A stretch of DNA of 64,000 nt, taken from assembly GCA_026396805.1 (NCBI GenBank), contig JAPLVZ010000012.1, positions 8,127-72,126 of the forward strand, in the 5' to 3' direction. This document shows positions 30,552 to 38,614 of the stretch, in pieces. A program made the position numbers and the translations under genes. The stretch is from Candidatus Falkowbacteria bacterium. GTDB lineage: Bacteria; Patescibacteriota; Patescibacteriia; Patescibacteriales; UBA12465. How positions within the stretch are numbered: the first letter of the stretch is position 1; every line of letters starts with the position of its first letter. Below the pieces are notes generated by a model. That model was not told where the DNA came from. It saw only the letters and a list, made by a program, of their open reading frames with translations, and searched no databases.

Positions 30552-30560
30552 TGGTATAAT
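30552..30560 (+). promoter_or_regulatory. Extended -10 element (tggtataat) upstream of the DUF1016 gene
   Basis: TGnTATAAT lies 30 nt upstream of the ATG at 30590. No clear -35 was seen. Confidence 0.35.
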
Positions 30561-30589
30561 AGGGTGATTATTATTAATCATTTAAATTT

Positions 30590-31585
30590 ATGAAAAAAGT
30601 AAAAATCAGCGGAATTAATAAAAGCCTGGCAAATCCAAGCGATTATGGGAATCTATTACATGAGTTAAAAGGAATTATTATTAAAGGACAAAACAAGGCC
30701 TATAAAGCCATAGATAATATTAAAGTCCAGACGTATTGGCAGATAGGCGAACGGATAGTTAGGGAGGAATTAAAAAATAAAGATAGGGCTGAATATGAAA
30801 AGTATTTAATAGAGAATCTGGCCGTAGATCTAAATATTGGCAAACGCGTTTTATATGAAATAGTTAAATTTTATAGAGCTTATCCAATTGTGCAGACAGT
30901 GTCTGCACAATTGAGCTGGTCTCATTATGTTGAGTTAATTGAACTAAGTGATAATAAAGAACGTCAATTTTACGAAAGTAAGATAGTAGCTAACTCCTGG
31001 TCTATCCGGGAACTTAAAGAGCAGATTAAAAATCGTCTCTATCAGAAAACCGATGACAAAGAAAAGGAAAAAATGTTAAAAACCAAGCTTCCGGCTGTAG
31101 TCGACCTGCAAAAAATATTCAAGCCCGATTACGATTTTAATTTTTTAGAAATAGCGCCCAGCCATCAAGAAAAAGAGCTGGAAGATAAAATCATTTCCAA
31201 TATCGAATATTTCCTCAAGGAATTAGGTAATGATTTTATGTTTCTGGGTCGACAAGTACCCATATTAATCGATAATGAGAAGCATTATATCGATTTAGTC
31301 TTGTATCATCGCGGCATTCCTTGTGTTATTCTAGTCGATCTTAAGGCTGATAAACTAGATAGCCGCGATATCGGTCAAATGAATAAATATATTGGCTATT
31401 ATCGCCATAATAGACAGTATGTTTACGAAAACGACACTATTGGCCTTATTATCTGTAAAGAACTGGGTCATGAAGAAGTAATCTATGCTTTAGACGGTTT
31501 AGAGGAAAAGATATTTGTTTCTCTATATAAAACAAAACTGCCAAGCGAAGAGAGAATTAAACGAGCGGTGAGAGGGATAAATTAG
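30590..31585 (+). CDS. DUF1016/YhcG-family PD-(D/E)XK nuclease-like protein
   Basis: 331 aa. The N-terminal block is IVQTVSAQLSWSHYVELI. The C-terminal core is YIDLVLYH...VILVDLKADKL (D...DxK). Confidence 0.8.
   Translation: MKKVKISGINKSLANPSDYGNLLHELKGIIIKGQNKAYKAIDNIKVQTYWQIGERIVREELKNKDRAEYEKYLIENLAVDLNIGKRVLYEIVKFYRAYPIVQTVSAQLSWSHYVELIELSDNKERQFYESKIVANSWSIRELKEQIKNRLYQKTDDKEKEKMLKTKLPAVVDLQKIFKPDYDFNFLEIAPSHQEKELEDKIISNIEYFLKELGNDFMFLGRQVPILIDNEKHYIDLVLYHRGIPCVILVDLKADKLDSRDIGQMNKYIGYYRHNRQYVYENDTIGLIICKELGHEEVIYALDGLEEKIFVSLYKTKLPSEERIKRAVRGIN
30885..30913. repeat. Intragenic hairpin in the DUF1016 gene: caattgtgcagaca g tgtctgcacaattg
   Basis: Perfect 14-bp arms. The frame was checked, and it encodes PIVQTVSAQL. 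Confidence 0.9.
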
Positions 31586-31724
31586 CAGAATTTCCCTAAT
31601 CCGCTCTTCCGCAAACCCCTTAAATGAGGCATTCTTTTTTATTTGACTAAGCTTAACAAAAGTGATTTAATATATACAGATAATCGCCCAATAAAACAGT
31701 TGAAAAAGAACTGTTTATTTAAAT

Positions 31725-32686
31725 ATGAGAGAAAAACCGATAATTTCAATAGTGATTCCAATCTATAACGAAGCGGAGAACATTCCGAGATTTTTTAGGT
31801 CCTTGGCGCAAGTTTTGTCCGGTCTGGAAGAAAAATACGAATGGGAAATAATATTTATTGACGACGGCAGTTGTGATTCTTCGGCTGAAGAATTGCGTAA
31901 GCTTAACGACGGCCGGATCCAGGTTTTGGAATTTTCCCGTAATTTCGGGAAGGAGGCGGCGCTAAGCGCCGGCCTTAACCAGGCAAGAGGCGAAGCGGCT
32001 CTAATGATTGACGCGGATTTTCAGCATCCCTTGGAGTTAATTCCGGAGTTTATCGCCAAGTGGGAAGCGGGCGCGGAAGTCGTTATCGGTATTAGAAAGA
32101 GGAATAAGAAGGCCGGTCTGATTAAGAACGCCGGTTCTTTTATTTTTTATCGGATTATTCGCCGTATTTCAACCGTTGATATTATACCGAACGAAACGGA
32201 TTTTCGTCTAGTCGGGCGGGAAGTCATTGACGCGTTTAATCGTCTCGGCGAGTCCAAGCGGATGACTAGAGCCCTGATAGACTGGTTGGGTTTTAGACGC
32301 GATTACCTTTATTTTGAAGCGCCGGAGCGGACTAACGGTCGCGCCGGTTATAATTTTTCTAGCGGTTAGCGCTTAATAGCTTTGTTTCTCTTAGTCTTAT
32401 TCCCCTAAAACTGGTGGGATATCTGGGCATTTTCATAATACTGACAATCGGTCCTTTCGGGCTTTGTGTTATGCTAGGTAAATATGTTTTTGATTGGACA
32501 TATGCCGTCAGTTTTTCCGGTCCGGCTCAGCTCGCCCTTCTGATAGCGTTTCTTATCGGTATTGTTTTATGCTCACTCGGCTTAGTGGCTTTATATATTG
32601 CCCATATTCATAATGAAGTATTAGGCCGGCCGCTTTATATCATTCGGAGAGAAAGTAATAAAATGAATACGCATGATCAAATTTAG
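31725..32686 (+). pseudogene. GtrB/DPM1-like polyprenol-phosphate GT2 glycosyltransferase, split by a frameshift near 32355-32370
   Basis: ORF 31725-32369 carries the GT2 domain (IVIPIYNEAENI, IDADFQHP) and stops at TAG 32367-32369. A different frame then continues RLALNSFVSLSLIPLKLVGYLGIF... into ORF 32414-32686. That is the amphipathic and TM tail normally contiguous in this family. Confidence 0.7.
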
Positions 32687-33674
32687 TTTTATCATTCCGG
32701 TTAAGGCGATTAATGATTATATCCGTGAGGCCGTACCGAAGGTTTTGGAGATTAATCGGGACGATTATGAAATAATTATTTATCCGGATAAAATTGATTC
32801 CGATTTTTTCGCTTTAAAAACAAAACAAATAGCCACTGGTCATGTCGGACCGGCGGCCAAAAGAAGTTTAGCAATCAAGGATGCGCAGGGAGAAATATTA
32901 ATCTTTATTGATGATGACGCTTATCCGGAGAATAATTTTTTAGAAGTTTTGGAAAGTAATTTTAACGATATAAACATTAAAGCGGTTGGCGGACCGGCAA
33001 TTACTCCTAAGAATGATAGTTTCTGGCAAAAGGTCAGCGGCGCGGTTTTTTTAAGTCCGCTAGCCGGAGGCAATCCGGAAAGATATATGCCGGTCGGGAA
33101 AAAACGGCCGGTAAACGATTGGCCGAGCGTTAATTTCTCCATCAGAAAAAATGTTTTTACGGAGCTTAACGGTTTTGCCAGCGAATTTTGGCCGGGAGAG
33201 GACACTAAACTATGTTTGGATTTGATTAAAAAATATCCGAACGGATTAATTTATGATCCGGCGCTAATCGCCTATCATCATCGTCGCGCCGGCCTGGCCA
33301 AGCATTTGAAGCAAATCTGCGGTTATGGCCTCCACCGCGGATTTTTCGCCAAGAAATATCCGGAAACGTCTGGCAAGGTAACTTTTTGCAAGTTAAACTT
33401 TTTCTATTTTATTCCCAGCCTATTTTTATTGTTCGTTATCAGCGGCGGGGTAGCCAGCTTTTTTAACAAGATAGTTTTAGAACTATATGTCTTAGGTTGG
33501 ATAATTTACCTAATAGCCTTAATCAAGGCGATTTTTGACATTAGTCGTTACGAAAAGAATCTTCCGGTCGCCTTAAACGCCGTTTATTATATTTTCTTGA
33601 CTCACTTGGTCTACGGTTATAATTTTTTGAAAGGATTTATTTTTATTAGGAATTTGAAAAGTAAATTACGATAA
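32673..33674 (+). CDS. GT2 glycosyltransferase with a C-terminal membrane domain
   Basis: FSFIIPVKAIN, IFIDDDAYP and an EDTKL motif, with TM helices at the C-terminus. Confidence 0.8.
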   Translation: MIKFSFIIPVKAINDYIREAVPKVLEINRDDYEIIIYPDKIDSDFFALKTKQIATGHVGPAAKRSLAIKDAQGEILIFIDDDAYPENNFLEVLESNFNDINIKAVGGPAITPKNDSFWQKVSGAVFLSPLAGGNPERYMPVGKKRPVNDWPSVNFSIRKNVFTELNGFASEFWPGEDTKLCLDLIKKYPNGLIYDPALIAYHHRRAGLAKHLKQICGYGLHRGFFAKKYPETSGKVTFCKLNFFYFIPSLFLLFVISGGVASFFNKIVLELYVLGWIIYLIALIKAIFDISRYEKNLPVALNAVYYIFLTHLVYGYNFLKGFIFIRNLKSKLR

Positions 33675-33678
33675 TATT

Positions 33679-36621
33679 ATGAAAATATTCATCTCATATC
33701 CGCCGCTGATTTCGGAGAAAGGAATTCCGCTTTTGAGCCAGAATCGCCAATTCCAGTGGTTCAACAGCCCGACCTATATCTATCCGGTTATCCCGGCTTA
33801 TTTGGCGACCCTACTGAAAGAGGCGGGCCATGAAGTCGTCTGGGACGACGGCATCGCTGAGGGTTTGCGCTATGGAGACTGGGAGAAGCGCCTATTGTCG
33901 GCGCATCCGGATTTGATTTTTTTTGAAACCAAGACTCCAGTCGTCAAACGGCATTGGGCGATTATCAATGATCTGAAAACTAAATTAGCGGCTAAGATCG
34001 TCCTGTTGGGCGACCATGTCACGGCCGAGCCGGAAGAAAGCTTGCGTTATTCCAAAGTTGACTATGTCCTGGCCGGGGGCGACTATGATTTCGGCGGCTT
34101 GAACCTGGTTCGGTTTTTAGCCGGCGAAGCGGAACTGGAGCCGGGCTGGCACTGGCGGACGGGTGGCGAGTGGCAGGCGACGAGCGACAATCAGGAGATT
34201 AACTGGCGGGACGGAGAATTCAAGGCTTTGAAAGCCGCATCTAGCGGCGAGAGGCAGAATTATGCCGCCCAGAATCTAGATACCTTGCCCATGATTGACC
34301 GCGAGCTGACCAATTGGCGGCTTTATGCCTATAAGAATGGCAATTTTAAATACATGCCCGGCGCCTATCTGATGAACGCCCGCGATTGTTGGTGGGGGAG
34401 GTGTAGTTTCTGCTTGACCGGTGAAGCGCAAGTTTTAACCATCAAAGGCGCTAAAAATATAGCGGATATAGAAAAAGGAGATCGAGTTTTAACCCATTTG
34501 GGAAATTATAAAAAAGTTAATGAAACTTTAAAAAGAAATTATGAGGGCGAACTGATCGAGATAAAGACTAATTGTCTTATGCCTTTTAAAATAACGCCGA
34601 ATCATCAAGTGCTTAACTTGCCCTTGAAAGATTTAAGCCGTTGTTTAAAAGTTGGCCAGGCCGGCTATCTTTGTAAAAGCAATAATGATTTTTCTAAGCG
34701 CTTAGATTGCGCTAATTGCGAGCTCCCTAAACCCTATTTAAATTATAAGCCACAATATATAGAAGCGGGACAGATCAGTAAGGGCGATTATCTAGCCGTA
34801 CCGATAAACAGAGAAATTATTAAAACTGCCAAGTTAGATTTGAAAAAAATATTAAATCTACAACCAACAATCATCAACACTTGGAAAAAAATTGCCGATT
34901 CGCTTATCAAAGAGATTTTAACTCTTAACCAGCAAGGTAAAAGCGAAAGAGATATTTCAGTTCTTCTTAAAATTGACCGAGAAACCGTTCATCGCTATAT
35001 ATCTTTAGAAAAAGCCGAGCAATTAATCAATAAAAGTAATCCGCTTAAATATAAAGGTGGAAAAATAAGTTTTGAGGGAGGAAAAAATTGGCTGCCGGCG
35101 GACATAGTTTTAAAAGATGATGTTTATAGATTATTTGGTTATTACTTGGCGGAGGGCTGCGTTTCTAAACTAAAGAATCGGCCGAATTCCCTGGTTATCA
35201 GCCTTACTTTTAATCAGAAAGAGCGGGAATATATTGCCGATGTTAAAAAAATATTTGAAGATATTTTTAAGGTTGAGGTTAATATTAATCAGAATAAAGT
35301 TAACCATACAACCCAAATTACAGTCGGAAATTCTTTGCTGGCCAAAGTATTTAAGAATTTATTCGGCGATAATTGTTATAATAAAAGTCTGCCGGAATTT
35401 ATTATGAAGGCCGAGAGAGTAAAACAAGTAGAACTACTGCGCGGAATTTTTCGGGGTGATGCTCATTATCGACAGAGAGGAACTAGAGCGGAATATATTT
35501 TAAGTTCGGCCTCGGACAGCCTGTCGTCCCAATTAGTCATGCTTCTTTTAAGATGTTCGGCTATACCGAGCGTGAGGCGGACTAAGATAAGGGGGAAAAT
35601 GACTAAAGAACAAAATATTATTACTCTTTCCAGTATTGATATTATTAATTTGTTTGCCGAGAAAAAAAGGGTGGAAAAAGTTGAATCGCTTTATAAAAAA
35701 GGCTTTATTATCGGAAATTATGCTTATTTACCCGTAACGCGACTAAAAAAAGAGCAATATAAAGGAGCGGTCTATAATCTATCGGTTGATAAAGACCATA
35801 GCTACACGGCTAATTTTGTCGGCGTCAGTAATTGTTCCTGGACCACGCTTTTCCCCGGGCAGACTTTCCGCGTCCGCTCGGCCCGTTTGGCCTTGGATGA
35901 AGTCGGCCAGCTGATTGATTTGGGCGTCAAGGAAATCATGGAAGATTCCGGCACCTTGCCGGTCGGCCCTTGGCTGGAAGAATTTTGTAACGGCATGATA
36001 GAGCGCGGCTACAATAAAAAGATCGTCATGAGTTGTAATATGCGCATCAGCGGAATTAAGGATCCCGAAATCTGGAAGCTAATGAAGCGTGCCGGTTTTC
36101 GCTTTATCTTATTCGGTTTAGAATCGGCTAATCAAAAAACCTTAGACGCGATTAATAAAAATCTGAAAGTTGAAGAAATTGAACCGGGGCTAAGAATGTG
36201 CAAGGAGGCCGGTTTAGAGCCTCATATTACCGCCATGATCGGCTATCCTTGGGAAACTTATGAAGACGCTAAAAAAACCGTGGAATTAGCGAAGGATTTA
36301 TTTAAAAAGAACTGCGTTAATACCCTTCAGGGCACGGTTTTAATTCCATATCCGGGCACGCCGCTTTATGCGAAATGCTGGGCGGAAGGTTTATTGAATT
36401 TTACCGATTATGATCGTTTTGATCAAAGGGAGCAGGTTATGAAATGCCCCTTAACGACTGAACAAGTCAAGGAACTCACCCAGGGGCTATATAAGGCCTT
36501 TATGAGCCCTAAATTCGTCATTAATAAGCTAAAATCAATCAGAAGCTGGAGTGATATTAAATTCTTATGGATGGCCGGGATGAAGGTTCTAGGGCATTTG
36601 ACTGATTTCAGCAAGAAATAA
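33679..36621 (+). CDS. Class B (cobalamin-binding-domain) radical SAM enzyme, interrupted by an intein
   Basis: The extein is ~506 aa. It has an N-terminal B12-binding-like Rossmann region (DLIFFETKTP...VLLGDHVT) and a cluster motif DCWWGRCSF|C split by the intein. The C-terminal half is a radical SAM TIM barrel (FGLESANQKTL). Confidence 0.85.
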   Translation: MKIFISYPPLISEKGIPLLSQNRQFQWFNSPTYIYPVIPAYLATLLKEAGHEVVWDDGIAEGLRYGDWEKRLLSAHPDLIFFETKTPVVKRHWAIINDLKTKLAAKIVLLGDHVTAEPEESLRYSKVDYVLAGGDYDFGGLNLVRFLAGEAELEPGWHWRTGGEWQATSDNQEINWRDGEFKALKAASSGERQNYAAQNLDTLPMIDRELTNWRLYAYKNGNFKYMPGAYLMNARDCWWGRCSFCLTGEAQVLTIKGAKNIADIEKGDRVLTHLGNYKKVNETLKRNYEGELIEIKTNCLMPFKITPNHQVLNLPLKDLSRCLKVGQAGYLCKSNNDFSKRLDCANCELPKPYLNYKPQYIEAGQISKGDYLAVPINREIIKTAKLDLKKILNLQPTIINTWKKIADSLIKEILTLNQQGKSERDISVLLKIDRETVHRYISLEKAEQLINKSNPLKYKGGKISFEGGKNWLPADIVLKDDVYRLFGYYLAEGCVSKLKNRPNSLVISLTFNQKEREYIADVKKIFEDIFKVEVNINQNKVNHTTQITVGNSLLAKVFKNLFGDNCYNKSLPEFIMKAERVKQVELLRGIFRGDAHYRQRGTRAEYILSSASDSLSSQLVMLLLRCSAIPSVRRTKIRGKMTKEQNIITLSSIDIINLFAEKKRVEKVESLYKKGFIIGNYAYLPVTRLKKEQYKGAVYNLSVDKDHSYTANFVGVSNCSWTTLFPGQTFRVRSARLALDEVGQLIDLGVKEIMEDSGTLPVGPWLEEFCNGMIERGYNKKIVMSCNMRISGIKDPEIWKLMKRAGFRFILFGLESANQKTLDAINKNLKVEEIEPGLRMCKEAGLEPHITAMIGYPWETYEDAKKTVELAKDLFKKNCVNTLQGTVLIPYPGTPLYAKCWAEGLLNFTDYDRFDQREQVMKCPLTTEQVKELTQGLYKAFMSPKFVINKLKSIRSWSDIKFLWMAGMKVLGHLTDFSKK
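34411..35832 (+). mobile_element. Radical SAM intein (474 aa) with HTH and LAGLIDADG endonuclease domains
   Basis: CLTGEAQVLT at the N-terminus, block B TPNHQVLN, LAGLIDADG-like LFGYYLAEGCV and LLRGIFRGDAH, and an HTH-like GKSERDISVLLKIDRETVHRYI. It ends VYNLSVDKDHSYTANFVGVSN followed by Cys+1. Both junctions are in frame with 33679. Confidence 0.87.
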
Positions 36622-36806
36622 TTGGCTAATTCTAGTTAACATTTTGCTGTTTGGTAAATCTGTAATATAATTATTACATAAATGCGTAAATTTGTAATAG
36701 TTTCATTTGACATTTGAAAGACAATAATATATACTAAAATTGATGTTTAAACATCAAAAATATATACTAAAATTGCTGTTTAATATTTTCTAATTTTAAT
36801 GATTTT

Positions 36807-37940
36807 ATGGAAAATAAGCAAATAAAACGTGATATTGAAAAAAATATCAGAGATTGGTTATTTAAAGGTAAAATAATCATTCTTTATGGCGCGCGCCAAG
36901 TTGGTAAAACAACCTTGGCTAAAAAGCTTTTAAGAGAGCATGGTCGTCCGACAGATTATTTTAATTGCGAAATTTCCTCCATCAGATCGGCCTTGGAAAA
37001 AGAAGATCCGACAGCCTTAAAAAAGTTTTTAGGCGACGGTCGTTTGATTGTTTTAGATGAAGCGCAAAAAGTAAGTAATATCGGATTAATTTTAAAACTC
37101 CTGTTAGATACCTATCCGAATATACAGATTGTCGCCACCGGTTCATCTTCTTTTGATTTGGCCAATCAAGTTAATGAGCCCTTGACCGGCCGCGCCTTAG
37201 AATTCACGCTTTATCCTTTTTCATTGCGTGAACTTAAAAATTTCTATAAAAATTATGAGCTTGAAGGGCAATTGGAAAATTTATTGATTTATGGATTATA
37301 TCCGGAAATAGTAAAAAGCGATTCGACCAACGCTCGCCAGCTTTTAGATAATTTAAGCAATAAATATTTGTATCAAGATATTTTAATTTTTAATCGGATT
37401 AAAAAGTCCGGTTTGATTGTTAAATTACTGCAGCTCTTAGCTTTGCAGATCGGGAACGAGGTATCGATTAATGAATTGGCCGTTAATCTGCAATGCAGTC
37501 GCGATACGGTTGTTAATTATTTGGATATTTTGGAAAAAGCGTTTATTATTTTCCGTCTGCGCGCCTATAGCCGGAATCAGCGTAAGGAAATCGTCAAAAA
37601 ACAAAAAATTTATTTTGTTGATTTGGGAATCAGGAATAGTTTAATCAGCCGTTATAATGAACTGGCGGTTCGTGATGATGTCGGCGCTTTATGGGAAAAT
37701 TTTTGTATTATTGAGCGTTTGAAAAAAATTCAGGCCGATAATTTATATTGTCAAAAATATTTTTGGCGCGCAATCAGTCAAAAGAAAGTTGATTATGTAG
37801 AAGAATACAACGATCGTCTGGACGGTTATGAATTTAAATGGGGTAAAGGCAAGGCGTCGGCGCCTAAAGAATTTTTAGCTTATAAAAACAGTCGCGTTAA
37901 TTTGATAAATCGTGATAATTACCAAGAATTTTTAACATAG
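36807..37940 (+). CDS. AAA-type ATPase with a DUF4143-like C-terminal domain
   Basis: GARQVGKTTLA (Walker A) and VLDEAQ (Walker B). The architecture is typical of the AAA_14/DUF4143 family. Confidence 0.8.
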   Translation: MENKQIKRDIEKNIRDWLFKGKIIILYGARQVGKTTLAKKLLREHGRPTDYFNCEISSIRSALEKEDPTALKKFLGDGRLIVLDEAQKVSNIGLILKLLLDTYPNIQIVATGSSSFDLANQVNEPLTGRALEFTLYPFSLRELKNFYKNYELEGQLENLLIYGLYPEIVKSDSTNARQLLDNLSNKYLYQDILIFNRIKKSGLIVKLLQLLALQIGNEVSINELAVNLQCSRDTVVNYLDILEKAFIIFRLRAYSRNQRKEIVKKQKIYFVDLGIRNSLISRYNELAVRDDVGALWENFCIIERLKKIQADNLYCQKYFWRAISQKKVDYVEEYNDRLDGYEFKWGKGKASAPKEFLAYKNSRVNLINRDNYQEFLT

Positions 37941-38070
37941 ACCTGTCGCCAATGCTAGACCGGATTTGCAAAAGATGAGCGTAGAGCAGAGAATTAAGGA
38001 GCATAAAAATGTCCCTGAAAATGTCCCTGAAACTACCCAGAAAATTATTGGGAGCTAATAAAATAGTATT

Positions 38071-38562
38071 ATGGAAAACCTAAATTCACAAATTGTAATA
38101 TATAAAGATCAAAATGGACATATCAAAATCGATGTTCGTTTTGATGGTGATACTGTCTGGCTGACCCAAGATCTTATATCAATTTTATTTAATAAAGCAA
38201 AATCTACTATAAACGAACATATAAAAAATATATATGCTGAAAGTGAGTTGTCAGAGCTAAGTTCAATGAGAAAATTCGGAAATTCCGAATTTTCTACAAA
38301 ACCTACTAATTATTACAACTTAGACCTAATTATCGCTGTTGGCTATCGGGTAAAATCACCCCAAGGCACTATTTTCCGCAAATGGGCCACCGAGAGGCTC
38401 TCGGAATATATTGTTAAGGGTTTTGTATTAGATGATGAGAGGTTAAAAAACCCGGATTTGCCGTTTGATTATTTTGAGGAATTAACCCGTCGCCTTGCGG
38501 ATATTCGCACAGAAATCTTGATGATATTAAATTTTTGTGGCGGGCGGGAACGAAGGTATTAG
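38071..38562 (+). pseudogene. RhuM-family gene truncated after ~147 codons
   Basis: The N-terminal 147 aa are RhuM-like (WLTQDLISILF, YNLDLIIAVGYRVKSPQGTIFRKWATERL, DDERLKNP). Homology stops at ...ADIRTE (~38513), and the remaining reading is out-of-frame radical SAM tail. Confidence 0.75.
38269..38295. repeat. Intragenic hairpin in RhuM copy 3: agaaaattcgga aat tccgaattttct
   Basis: Perfect 12-bp arms. The frame was checked, and it encodes RKFGNSEFS. Confidence 0.9.
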
Positions 38563-38588
38563 GGCATTTGATGGATCTTAGAGAGTAG
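38520..38588 (+). pseudogene. Relic of a radical SAM gene 3' end
   Basis: Reads DDIKFLWRAGTKVLGHLMDLRE*, compared with SDIKFLWMAGMKVLGHLTDFSKK* at 36550-36621 (16 of 22 residues identical). DNA similarity is clear over ~50 nt. Confidence 0.65.
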
Positions 38589-38614
38589 ATTTAATATAAA
38601 GGACTACAGTGACT

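Noticed and set aside
28667-31585. Reading the hairpins as integron attC sites (a CALIN-like cassette array)
   Set aside because: There is no integron integrase in the window. Most hairpins lie inside coding sequences rather than at cassette 3' ends, and I see no conserved R'/R'' GTTRRRY-type core. A non-canonical ssDNA recombination role is not excluded.
32414-32686. Independent 90-aa membrane protein gene
   Set aside because: It corresponds to the C-terminal TM tail normally fused to GtrB/DPM1-like GT2 enzymes. The homology continues upstream of its GTG in the same frame, so it is treated as part of a frameshifted gene.
38009-38032. Tandem 12-bp repeat atgtccctgaaa x2 as a mini CRISPR or satellite
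   Set aside because: There are only two units with no spacers. It reads as ...KNVPENVPET..., a duplicated peptide in a short gene remnant upstream of the truncated RhuM gene.
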